Below, piece after piece: positions 24,472 to 33,944 of a DNA stretch of 64,000 nt. Under the pieces are notes generated by a model. That model saw nothing but the letters and a program-made list of their open reading frames with translations, was not told where the DNA came from and did no database searches. Positions within the stretch are counted from its first letter, which is position 1, and each line of letters opens with the position of its first letter. This DNA is from Candidatus Omnitrophota bacterium (GTDB lineage: Bacteria; Omnitrophota; Gorgyraeia; Duberdicusellales; 4484-171): NCBI GenBank assembly GCA_041652815.1, contig JBAZGN010000001.1, positions 637,855 to 701,854 on the forward strand, given 5' to 3'. The translations under genes were made by a program, and so were the position numbers.

Positions 24472-25554
24472 ATGCAGGATATTAAAGGTAAAATAGAAAA
24501 TTTGGAAGAAGAATTACTGGCGCTTAAAGAGCTTTTAAAAATAGATTTAAAGAAAAAAGACATTGATGGTTTGCAATCAAAAATGTCTGAGCCCAATTTC
24601 TGGCAGAATCAAAAGGAAGCTTCCGGCATAATAGAAGAGCTTAAAAGAATAAAAGGCGACGTTGATGATTGGGACATACTTTATAACAAGCTTCGTGAGC
24701 TTAAAGAGTTTATACAAATAGCAGATACTTCTTATGAAAGCGAAATGGAGAAGGAAACAAAAAAATTTGAGGAAAACCTTGAAAGGTTAAAGCTTAAAGT
24801 TCTTTTTTGTGAGAAGCTCGATGATTCAAACGCAATAGTTGAAATTAATTCCGGAGCAGGCGGCACTGAAGCCTGTGATTGGGCGAGCATGCTTTTTAGA
24901 ATGTATTTCAGGTGGGCGGAAGATAAAAAATTTAAGTTTAGCGTCCTGGATGAAGTAAAAGGCGAAGAAGCGGGAATAAAGAATATCACATTTCTCATCG
25001 AGGGGCTGCGTGCCTATGGCATGCTTAAATCAGAACGGGGAGTGCACAGGCTAGTAAGAATTTCTCCTTTTGATGCAAATAAAAGAAGGCATACTTCTTT
25101 TGCTTCCGTTGACGTGCTTCCCGAAATAAAAGACGACATAGACATTGAAATAAAACCGGAAGAATTAGAAGTTATAACCTGCCGCGCTTCCGGTGCCGGC
25201 GGCCAGCATGTGAATAAGACCGATAGTGCGGTGCGCATCACGCATTTGCCTACAGGTATAGTCGTAGGCTGCCGGAATGAACGTTCGCAGCATCAGAATA
25301 AAGCTGTTGCTTTGAGGGTTTTAAAAGCGAAACTTTACGAATTAAGAGAAGATGCTAAGAAAAAAAATCTGGAAAAAATTGCCGGAACTAAGCAAAAAAT
25401 TGAATGGGGTTCGCAGATTCGTTCTTACGTATTGTACCCCTACCTGCTAGTTAAAGATCATCGCACGGATTTCGAAGCTCATGACGCCTGGGGCGTCTTG
25501 GATGGTAAAATAGACGACTTTATTTATGCTTACCTAAAGAGGCCGAGATGTTAA
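24472..25554 (+). CDS. prfB: Peptide chain release factor 2; one uninterrupted ORF with no programmed +1 frameshift.
   Basis: SPF tripeptide (RISPFD) and GGQ (GGQHVNKTDSAVR). Confidence 0.85.
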   Translation: MQDIKGKIENLEEELLALKELLKIDLKKKDIDGLQSKMSEPNFWQNQKEASGIIEELKRIKGDVDDWDILYNKLRELKEFIQIADTSYESEMEKETKKFEENLERLKLKVLFCEKLDDSNAIVEINSGAGGTEACDWASMLFRMYFRWAEDKKFKFSVLDEVKGEEAGIKNITFLIEGLRAYGMLKSERGVHRLVRISPFDANKRRHTSFASVDVLPEIKDDIDIEIKPEELEVITCRASGAGGQHVNKTDSAVRITHLPTGIVVGCRNERSQHQNKAVALRVLKAKLYELREDAKKKNLEKIAGTKQKIEWGSQIRSYVLYPYLLVKDHRTDFEAHDAWGVLDGKIDDFIYAYLKRPRC

Positions 25555-28409
25555 AAAATTTTATACTAAATGATTGCCAAAGGAAAATAAATTCATTAAA
25601 TCCCAAGGTAAATATTTTACTGCATAAGGAAATTCCTACACCTTCCCTTAAGGAGGTAGCCTCTTTTTCTTCTGTCGTAAGCCAGGCAAATTTTTTCGAA
25701 GCAGAAGTAAAACAAAAACCGGATAGTTTCTTCAAAGAAAAAACAAAAGAGTTCAGGGCGAGGTTCGATAGAATTAAAAATCTCGCTTCTGATGAATTTG
25801 CGCAGGCCGCAGAAAAAATCCTAGATGAGATACTCCCATTTTATTTCGCCATGGTAAGAGAGGCGGCAGTTAGAACTGTCAGGATGCGCCATTTTGATTC
25901 GCAGTTTTTAGGAGGATTTGTTTTACACAAGAATAAGATTGCTGAAATGGCAACAGGTGAAGGAAAAACGCTGGTTGCAACCCTTGCAGTTTCGCTCAAC
26001 GCTCTCACCGGACGCGGTGTGCATGTTGTAACTGTTAATGATTATCTTGCCAGGCGTGACCGCGAATGGATGGGGCCAATATATGAATTCTTAGGTTTTT
26101 CCGTGGGAGTCATTCAGCAGGAAATGGATAATAGCCAACGTAGAATTGCTTATGCTTGCGATATAACCTACGGCACAAATAACGAATTCGGCTTTGATTA
26201 TCTTCGAGATAACATGGTAGGAAGCCTAAATGAAATGGTCCAGCGCGGCCACTTCTATGCGATAGTTGACGAAGTAGATTCTATCCTTGTAGATGAAGCA
26301 AGGACGCCGCTTATAATTTCAGGCCCAGCCGAACTGTCTACCGACAAATATTACAAAGCCGATAAAGCCATAAAGCAGCTTAAGGTAAAATTTGTCATAC
26401 AGAGTTTTGACGCAAAAGACGGAACTATTGTCATGAAAAATGCCGACGGCACCGAAGTAAGAATGCAACCGGAGGAGCTTGAGGCTAATTTCGATGCGGT
26501 TGTCGAAGAAAAAAGCAACAACGCTTATATACTTTCTAACGGCGAAAGAAAATGCGAAAGAACATTGGGTGTTAATAGCCTCGAAGAGACCCCGGATAAG
26601 TTTTCAAATCCCTGGACGCATTATTTAACTCAGAGCTTACGCGCGCATTACCTTTTTGAAAGCGACCAGGAATATATCATAAAAGACGGGAAAATTCTTA
26701 TAGTCGATGAATTTACCGGCCGTCTTATGCCGGGCAGGCGCTGGTCAGACGGCCTGCATCAGGCGATAGAAGCAAAAGAGAATTTAAAAATTCAGGAAGA
26801 ATCTCAAACCCTCGCGACTGTTACTTTGCAGAATTATTTCAGGATGTATAAAAAGCTTGCTGGCATGACCGGAACAGCCTACACCGAAGCGAATGAATTC
26901 AGGCATATCTATAAGCTTGATACAGTAGTTATTCCTACGAATAAACATCTCATAAGAGAAAATTGCCCTGACAGGATTTATAAAACAAAGAAAGGAAAGT
27001 TTGAAGCTGTAATAAAGGAAATAGAGGAATGTTATAAATCAAAGCAGCCTGTGCTTGTTGGAACCACTTCAATTGAAGACTCAGAGGTTTTGTCATTTCT
27101 TTTGAACAAAAAAGGAATAAACCATAACGTGCTTAATGCAAAATATCATGAAAGGGAAGCTCATATCGTAGCCCAGGCAGGCCGTCTTGCACAGGTAACC
27201 ATTGCAACCAATATGGCAGGCCGCGGTACAGATATAATACTTGGCGGTAACATTGATTACTTCATAAAAGACCTTTTGAAAAAGAACGAAATTCCTCCGG
27301 AAGACCCTCGTTATAAGGAAGAATATGAAAAACTTTATCAAAATAATAAAAATAAGTTTGACGAAGAGCACAAACAGGTTGTTTCCATCGGCGGTTTGCA
27401 TGTTATAGGAACGCAACGCCACGAGGCCCGCCGTATTGATAATCAGCTGCGCGGAAGATCGGGACGCCAGGGTGACCCAGGGTCTTCACGTTTTTACGTT
27501 TCGCTGGAAGATGATTTAATGAGGCTTTTTGGCTCTGAGAGAATATACTTTCTTATGGATAAACTGGGTTTCCCGGAGGATGAGCCTATTGAGCATCCGC
27601 TTGTAAACAGTTCTTTGGAAATAGCCCAAAAGAAAGTTGAAAGCCACAACTTTGAGATTCGCAAGCAGTTGCTTGAGTACGATAACGTTATGAATAAACA
27701 ACGAGAGGTAATTTATGAACAACGCAGGCAGATTCTTGAAAGGCCAAGTATAAGTGATGAAATATTTGCAATGATTGATGAAGTTGTAGAAAAAAATATA
27801 CCGGTTTATTATTCCGAAGAAAAAAACACGCTTGGCTTAACTCATTGGGTTAAGCTTAAATTCGACGTAGAGCTAATGGCCAAAAATTTAGGCAATTTAA
27901 GCCTGGAAGAAATGATTGAATTTATAAAAAAGACAGTGCGGGACGCTTATTATAAAAAACAACAGGCAGTGGGCGCCGACAAAATGTTTTCTATGGAAAG
28001 GGCAGTAGCTCTCTGGATTCTGGATTCACGCTGGAAGGAGCATTTGCTGATTATGGATTCATTAAAAGAAGGTATACATTTAAGAGGTTATGGCCAGACT
28101 GACCCTCTTGTTGAATATCAAAAAGAGTCATATTCTGCCTTTAACGAAACGATATCTTCAATTAAGGAAGACATCGTAGATTTGATTTTTAAAACAAAAA
28201 TATCTTTGCCTGAAGAAGCAGTAAGCGTTTTTGAGGAGTCACCGAAAAATTATGTCCACTCAGAATATTCATCTCTGCAGAAAGAGGAAGAAAAACCTGC
28301 TAAAGAGGAACAACTGCAAACACAAAAGGCTTCAGGGCCAAAGGTAGGTAGGAATGACCCTTGTCCCTGCGGAAGCGGAAAAAAATACAAAAAGTGCTGC
28401 GGAAAATGA
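25548..28409 (+). CDS. secA: Preprotein translocase ATPase SecA.
   Basis: DEAD-motor motifs and a C-terminal zinc-binding tail CPCGSGKKYKKCCG; 953 aa. Confidence 0.9.
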   Translation: MLKNFILNDCQRKINSLNPKVNILLHKEIPTPSLKEVASFSSVVSQANFFEAEVKQKPDSFFKEKTKEFRARFDRIKNLASDEFAQAAEKILDEILPFYFAMVREAAVRTVRMRHFDSQFLGGFVLHKNKIAEMATGEGKTLVATLAVSLNALTGRGVHVVTVNDYLARRDREWMGPIYEFLGFSVGVIQQEMDNSQRRIAYACDITYGTNNEFGFDYLRDNMVGSLNEMVQRGHFYAIVDEVDSILVDEARTPLIISGPAELSTDKYYKADKAIKQLKVKFVIQSFDAKDGTIVMKNADGTEVRMQPEELEANFDAVVEEKSNNAYILSNGERKCERTLGVNSLEETPDKFSNPWTHYLTQSLRAHYLFESDQEYIIKDGKILIVDEFTGRLMPGRRWSDGLHQAIEAKENLKIQEESQTLATVTLQNYFRMYKKLAGMTGTAYTEANEFRHIYKLDTVVIPTNKHLIRENCPDRIYKTKKGKFEAVIKEIEECYKSKQPVLVGTTSIEDSEVLSFLLNKKGINHNVLNAKYHEREAHIVAQAGRLAQVTIATNMAGRGTDIILGGNIDYFIKDLLKKNEIPPEDPRYKEEYEKLYQNNKNKFDEEHKQVVSIGGLHVIGTQRHEARRIDNQLRGRSGRQGDPGSSRFYVSLEDDLMRLFGSERIYFLMDKLGFPEDEPIEHPLVNSSLEIAQKKVESHNFEIRKQLLEYDNVMNKQREVIYEQRRQILERPSISDEIFAMIDEVVEKNIPVYYSEEKNTLGLTHWVKLKFDVELMAKNLGNLSLEEMIEFIKKTVRDAYYKKQQAVGADKMFSMERAVALWILDSRWKEHLLIMDSLKEGIHLRGYGQTDPLVEYQKESYSAFNETISSIKEDIVDLIFKTKISLPEEAVSVFEESPKNYVHSEYSSLQKEEEKPAKEEQLQTQKASGPKVGRNDPCPCGSGKKYKKCCGK

Positions 28410-28430
28410 TTCCAACAAGCCGATATTTAA

Positions 28431-29861
28431 ATGATTAACCTGCTACTTTCGGCAACAGCCGGGATTTTTACTGGCTTAAGTTTTAATTTTAGTCTTTGTG
28501 CATTTTTGGTTTGGTTTTCGCTCCTTCCATTTTTATATATCATAAATAAAAACAATTCCCGGCAAGTATTATTTTCCGGGTTCATTTTCGGCCTGGCATA
28601 TTATTTAACTGCAATTTTCTGGATAGGAAATGTTACAAAGTTGGGCCTTGGTTTACTTATATGTTACCTTTGCTTATATACTATTATATTTTCGCAAATC
28701 GCGCGTTATTTTTTAAGGAAAAGTTTTGCAATAATTACTATTGCCTCCTTATGGGTTTTGCTTGAGTTTATCAAGGAAAATATCTGGTGCGGTTTTGGCT
28801 GGGCTAATTTAGGCTATTCCCAGTACAAAAATTTATATCTTATCCAGGCAGCGGATTTATTTGGGGTAAAATTAATATCTTTTTTAATCGTAATGGTCAA
28901 TGTCCTGCTGTGGGAGTTTATTTCAAAAAGAAAATTTCTGTTACGTAAATTTATTTTTGTTGCCATAATTTTATCCGCGAGCTTAGCTTATTCTTTTTTC
29001 AAACTCGGAAATTTAAAGGAAAATTCTTCGATAAACTTGTCGCTTATCCAGCCTAATGTGCCTCAGGAATTAAAATGGGAAGAATCATCGCAACCCGACA
29101 TAATTGAAAAACTAGAAAACCTTATTTTAAAGACAGATAAAAATTCACTGGTTATCTTTCCGGAAGCTTCCTGGCCGCTTATGCTTTGCGATTTGAATGT
29201 ATCGATTTTGGATGATTTTATAAAGAGCTCAAAAAGAGATATTTTAATTGGAGCAATTACCTCAGAAAAAGGTAATTTCTATAATGCAGCTTTATTGTTT
29301 GAAAAGAGTGGGGCATTGCAGGGTATTTACCGAAAAATGCGGCTTGTTCCTTTCGGTGAATACGTACCACTACGAAATTTCTTAAAGTTCGTCAGTGTCA
29401 TTAATTCCATAGGAGACACAAGCCGCGGCAATGAACCTACAGTTTTTTCTTATGAAAATAAAAACTTTTGCGTCCTTATATGTTTTGAAGATATATTTCC
29501 TTTATTTGTTGCTAATTTCTCCAGGAAAGCAGATTTTCTTATAAATATAACCAATGACGCTTGGTTTTCCGGCGAACCCGAAGCCAGCCAGCATTTTGGT
29601 ATTATGGTTTTTAGGGCTATCGAGAACAGGATTTCTATTGCGCGCTGCGCTAACACCGGCATAAGCGGGTGGGTTTCCTATAAGGGTGATATACACAGCT
29701 TAAAGTCCGACAATGAGGAGGTTGATGTTTCCGGTGTATTAAATTTTAATTTGCCTTTAAATGGAAAAAGAAGCTTGTATAATAAATGGAAAGATGTCTT
29801 TGTATTATTTTGTGCCTTGGTTTTACTATTGCCATTAATACCCAGTAAAAACAATGGATAA
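28431..29861 (+). CDS. lnt: Apolipoprotein N-acyltransferase.
   Basis: N-terminal membrane domain plus a CN-hydrolase domain (VLICFEDIFP, NITNDAWF). Confidence 0.8.
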   Translation: MINLLLSATAGIFTGLSFNFSLCAFLVWFSLLPFLYIINKNNSRQVLFSGFIFGLAYYLTAIFWIGNVTKLGLGLLICYLCLYTIIFSQIARYFLRKSFAIITIASLWVLLEFIKENIWCGFGWANLGYSQYKNLYLIQAADLFGVKLISFLIVMVNVLLWEFISKRKFLLRKFIFVAIILSASLAYSFFKLGNLKENSSINLSLIQPNVPQELKWEESSQPDIIEKLENLILKTDKNSLVIFPEASWPLMLCDLNVSILDDFIKSSKRDILIGAITSEKGNFYNAALLFEKSGALQGIYRKMRLVPFGEYVPLRNFLKFVSVINSIGDTSRGNEPTVFSYENKNFCVLICFEDIFPLFVANFSRKADFLINITNDAWFSGEPEASQHFGIMVFRAIENRISIARCANTGISGWVSYKGDIHSLKSDNEEVDVSGVLNFNLPLNGKRSLYNKWKDVFVLFCALVLLLPLIPSKNNG

Positions 29862-30987
29862 ATATCAGTCACTTTCAATTAAAGTAAGCTGGCTGAGCAT
29901 TGGGGTAAATCTTCTTATCTCGATAGCACAGTTTATTATAGGAATAAATTCAAAAAGTATTTCTATAATGACGGATGCTGCAGACAGCCTGCGTGATATT
30001 GTTGCAACCGGTGTAGTCATCCTTAGCCTTAATATTAGCAAAAAACCTGCCGATAAAGAACATCCCTTTGGCCACGGAAGGATAGAAGATGTGGGAGGGG
30101 TAATCGTCGCTTTATTTTTACTTTTAATGGGTTTGACCTTTCTAAAAGAATCTTTCCTGAGATTTATCCACCCGCAGCCTTTAACTATCAATTTCTACAT
30201 AATATCCATTATGGCTGTTGCTTCAGTAATAAAGTTTTTGCTTGGATTCATAACCCAGTTTGTTTCTAAAAAAGCTACCTCTGCCATATTGGAAGCAGAC
30301 GCTTTCCATCATTACACAGACTGTATAACCACGATTATAGTTGCCGTTGGTTTGGTATTCGTAAGATTCGGGTTTACCTTTGTCGATGCGGTATTAGGTT
30401 TTATAATAGCATTTCTTATTATATGGTGGTCGTTTAAAATGCTTCGTGAATTTGTGGACAACCTTCTCGGCAGGTGCCCGCCAGTTGAACTTTGTGAAAA
30501 AATAAAAAACATCGCTTTGTCCTTTAAATCCGTGGCCGGGGCACACGATATAGAGGTTCATTCTTATGGCAAAAATAAGGTTATATCTTTGCATATAGAA
30601 TTAAGCCCGGAACTTAGCTTGCTCTCCGCACATAGTATTGCCGACAGTATTGAAAAAAAGATTCATAGCGACGGACTTGGCAGGTGCGTAGTGCATGTTG
30701 ATTTAAAAGGAAAAGCAAAAGCAATTGAAAAAGAAATGGTTGAAAAAGCTATCAGTAAATTTATATCAAGGAATAGAGAGATTAAGGATTTCCATGGTAT
30801 AGAAATCATAACCAGCGAAACTACAAACATTGTTGATTTCCATCTTTGTTTTTCAAAGAATACTTCTCTGGATGAAAGCCATAGGTTGTCGCACAGATTG
30901 TCTGATTTTCTCAAAAAGCGATTCGGTTATACAAAAATAAACATTCACGTTGAGCCTTATAAGAGCATAGGAGAAAGCAGCGAGTAG
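29854..30987 (+). CDS. Cation diffusion facilitator family metal efflux transporter.
   Basis: A TM domain with a DxxxD/HxxxD signature (DAADSLRD, HHYTDCITT) and a cytoplasmic C-terminal domain. Confidence 0.7.
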   Translation: MDKYQSLSIKVSWLSIGVNLLISIAQFIIGINSKSISIMTDAADSLRDIVATGVVILSLNISKKPADKEHPFGHGRIEDVGGVIVALFLLLMGLTFLKESFLRFIHPQPLTINFYIISIMAVASVIKFLLGFITQFVSKKATSAILEADAFHHYTDCITTIIVAVGLVFVRFGFTFVDAVLGFIIAFLIIWWSFKMLREFVDNLLGRCPPVELCEKIKNIALSFKSVAGAHDIEVHSYGKNKVISLHIELSPELSLLSAHSIADSIEKKIHSDGLGRCVVHVDLKGKAKAIEKEMVEKAISKFISRNREIKDFHGIEIITSETTNIVDFHLCFSKNTSLDESHRLSHRLSDFLKKRFGYTKINIHVEPYKSIGESSE

Positions 30988-30988
30988 A

Positions 30989-31047
30989 GTTTACGAAAGT
31001 TACGCAGGTTACAACGAAACAGTTGATTTAAATGTAACTTTCGTAAT
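30989..31047. repeat. Family-5 palindromic element, copy 2 (GTTTACGAAAGTTACGCAGGTTACA ... TGTAACTTTCGTAA).
   Basis: Lies upstream of the 31084 gene. Confidence 0.6.
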
Positions 31048-31083
31048 CTATAGAAACTTATAGTTAAGAGGGGGGCGGTCATA

Positions 31084-31566
31084 ATGGAATTAGAAGTAGT
31101 AAAGGTTAATAAACCACAAGACTTAAACATTATTATCGGGCAATCGCATTTCATAAAAACAGTTGAAGATATATACGAGACGATTATTTCAAGCGTGCCC
31201 AATGTAAAATTTGGCCTTGCTTTTTGCGAATCTTCGGGTAAATGCCTGGTAAGAGTTGATGGTAACGATGAAGAGCTAAAGAAAATTGCAGCTGATAATG
31301 CTTTTGCGATAGGTTGCGGACATTCTTTTTTTATTATTCTAAAAGACGCTTATCCTATAAATATTTTGAATCAGATAAAAAATATTCCCGAGGTCTGCCG
31401 CATATTTTGCGCGACCGCTAATTCAGTTGAAGTTATAGTTGCGAAAACTTCCCAGGGCAGAGGAGTTTTAGGCGTGATTGACGGTTTCGCGCCTAAAGGC
31501 GTTGAAGCAGCCGAAGATGTAACTTGGAGAAAAGAATTCCTAAGAAAGATTGGGTATAAATTTTAG
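31084..31566 (+). CDS. Adenosine-specific-kinase-family-like protein (tentative); otherwise a conserved hypothetical of about 160 aa.
   Basis: Weak recognition only; no diagnostic motif beyond size and pattern. Confidence 0.3.
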   Translation: MELEVVKVNKPQDLNIIIGQSHFIKTVEDIYETIISSVPNVKFGLAFCESSGKCLVRVDGNDEELKKIAADNAFAIGCGHSFFIILKDAYPINILNQIKNIPEVCRIFCATANSVEVIVAKTSQGRGVLGVIDGFAPKGVEAAEDVTWRKEFLRKIGYKF

Positions 31567-31673
31567 GAAGAAACCAGAAGAGGCAAGTATGAATAAGATT
31601 GTGAAATTTATCAAACTATATTTTATAATCTGTACTCTGGTTTCTATGATAGATTGAGTAGCAGCGAGGTTAA

Positions 31674-32612
31674 ATGAACAGAGAAATAAAAAAAACTTTA
31701 GCCAGGCGCATAGGTTGGTTTTTCCTTAGAATATTTACCGTGATAAACGGTTCATTTTCCCTTAAGTGGAGTTACGCGCTTGGAAATTGTTTAGGACGCT
31801 TCGCGTGTGCAGTTATCCCCCAGCAAAGAAAAATTTCCATTGATAGCCTTGCCATTGCTTTTCCTGGCATGACGCTAAAAGAAAGAAAAAAAATCACGCG
31901 TGACTTTTTTGTATTTATGGCTCAAAGCGCATTCGAGTTGCTTTACTTTTTAAGGCATCTCGATAGGATGCAGGGTATTAAGATCGAAGGAAGGCAGAAT
32001 CTGGATGAGGCACTAAAGGCAGGAACCGGTATTATTCTGGTTGCGGCACATATGGGAAATTTTCCGCTTATGAGTTTAAAGTTAGCAAGGGAAGGGTATA
32101 AGATAAATTTTGTAACCCGGCCGATGCGCGATGAAAAAGCCGGGGACTACCTGTTTAATTTAAGAGAAAATGCGGGCGTTAAGAGTATTTTTTCATATCC
32201 CAGAAAAGAATGTATAGGAGGGATACTAAAAGCTTTACGGAATAATGAAATAGTGATAATGCAGATGGACCAGAATTTTGGTTCAGGCGGCGTATGGGTG
32301 AAATTCTTTGGAAAGCTTGCAGCTACTCCTGTTGGGCCTATTACCCTTGGCATGCGAACACACGCCAAGCTTGTGCCTGCATATATATATAGGGAAGGTT
32401 TTAACCGGCATTGCATAAAAATCCTTTCCGTTGAGCCGATTATTGAAGCAGAAAATAGGGATGAAGCGGTTTTAAAAAACGCGGCTAAGTTCAGCCATAT
32501 CATTGAAAGCTGGGTAAAAGAATATCCCGAACAGTGGGGCTGGATTCATCGCCGCTGGAAATCACAGCCTCCAAAAGACTTGGAAGCTACGCAGTTTAAA
32601 GTAGAATTGTAA
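31674..32612 (+). CDS. Lipid A biosynthesis (Kdo)2-lipid IVA acyltransferase, LpxL/HtrB family.
   Basis: Lysophospholipid acyltransferase fold with a conserved HMGNFP-like motif (AAHMGNF). Confidence 0.65.
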   Translation: MNREIKKTLARRIGWFFLRIFTVINGSFSLKWSYALGNCLGRFACAVIPQQRKISIDSLAIAFPGMTLKERKKITRDFFVFMAQSAFELLYFLRHLDRMQGIKIEGRQNLDEALKAGTGIILVAAHMGNFPLMSLKLAREGYKINFVTRPMRDEKAGDYLFNLRENAGVKSIFSYPRKECIGGILKALRNNEIVIMQMDQNFGSGGVWVKFFGKLAATPVGPITLGMRTHAKLVPAYIYREGFNRHCIKILSVEPIIEAENRDEAVLKNAAKFSHIIESWVKEYPEQWGWIHRRWKSQPPKDLEATQFKVEL

Positions 32613-32619
32613 CTGCCGA

Positions 32620-32800
32620 GTTTATTCTCCTTCGCCGAAAACCCCGGACTTTAGTCCGGGGACGAAGGCGAAGGAGCTCCTGCGAAGCCCCACCAGAACT
32701 TGCTCGCAAGGGGCGAAGCAGAGTTTGGCTTCGGAGGAATGAACCTTTGCCAAATTTTTAGAAACCCCGCCATTTATGACGGGGAGGTTCATTTCTAAAA
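32620..32800 (+). other. Structured intergenic segment after the lpxL-like gene, carrying the long nested hairpin CTCCTTCGCC-GAAAA-CCCCGGAC-TTTA-GTCCGGGG-ACGAA-GGCGAAGGAG and further stems.
   Basis: Seen directly; no T-run, so not a classic intrinsic terminator. Confidence 0.4.
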
Positions 32801-32936
32801 AAAAGATTGTAAAAGTCCCATAATTTGATAGAATTTTTTAATAAGCCTATCATTCTTTTAAACGCGCAATTTAATGAAAGTAGCGTTCGCTAAGAAATGA
32901 TGGGGCAAATCCCAAAATTATATTTATAAAGCTTAA

Positions 32937-33884
32937 ATGAAAAAGAAATATTCTATAGGTATAGGGCTTAATTTGTTTGACGCGCGGGCTATTCTGCTTG
33001 GTTCGGACAAAAAAGTTATTCTTGAAATAGAAAAACCGAGAAAGAACATAAGCGCTAATGAAACCATCAAGGTTTTGCTTGAATTGTTTGAAGAAATAAT
33101 TTCAAAAGCTAAGAATTATAAAAAAGAAGAGATAGAAGGTGTCGGCCTTGCCTTGGGTGGTATTGTAAATACAAAAAAAGGCAAGGTATATTGGCCGCAG
33201 AAACAATATTCTTCTTACGCATATATTTCTCTTCCCTTAAAAGAATATCTTGAGAAAAAATTTAACTTCCCGGTAACGATTGAAAATGATGCTAATAGTT
33301 GTGTGCTGGCAGAATACATATTGAATTTCTCTGAATATAAAGATGTGATATATATGTTTTCAGGCGTAGGCTGTGGCATAATTGTTGATGGAAAGCTTTA
33401 TAGAGGTAAAGACGGCGGAGCCGGAGAACTATTTTTGAATTCCACTAAGCGCATGGAATCTGAACTCGGAGACTTTTCTTTCTTCAGGCAATGGCCTGTA
33501 GATTTGGGGATAGTAAAAAAGGCTAAAGAAGTTATTTCTTTGGGCAAAGATACTTCTTTGATAAAAAGAATAACCCCTACAGGGGAATTGCATCTTAAAG
33601 ATATATTTGAGGAGGCCAAGAGAAAAGATAAAGTAGCTAGAGAGGTTCTTAAGGAGGCGGCTTTTTCTTTGGGTGTAAAAATATCTTTTCTTTTGAACTT
33701 ACTTAATCCGGAAGTCGTAATCATTGGCGGCGGGCTTGAAGAAGCAGGTGAGTTTTTCCTTGATGAATGCATAGATACAACAAAAGAATTTTCTTTCAGC
33801 GAAATGAGAAAAGGTTGCAGGATAGTTTTTTCGCAGCTTGGTAAATCTGCAACGTCCCTGGGTGCCGCTTTGGCGATTATTTAA
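32937..33884 (+). CDS. ROK-family sugar kinase (glucokinase-like), with no HTH domain.
   Basis: ROK signatures (GIGL, ENDANSCVLAEY, GxGxG) and a C-terminal Cys/His-poor variant. Confidence 0.65.
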   Translation: MKKKYSIGIGLNLFDARAILLGSDKKVILEIEKPRKNISANETIKVLLELFEEIISKAKNYKKEEIEGVGLALGGIVNTKKGKVYWPQKQYSSYAYISLPLKEYLEKKFNFPVTIENDANSCVLAEYILNFSEYKDVIYMFSGVGCGIIVDGKLYRGKDGGAGELFLNSTKRMESELGDFSFFRQWPVDLGIVKKAKEVISLGKDTSLIKRITPTGELHLKDIFEEAKRKDKVAREVLKEAAFSLGVKISFLLNLLNPEVVIIGGGLEEAGEFFLDECIDTTKEFSFSEMRKGCRIVFSQLGKSATSLGAALAII

Positions 33885-33944
33885 AAAAGATTCTTTACAC
33901 CGATAGTTTGTATGTTATAATATTAATGGAATAGGAGGTGGTTA

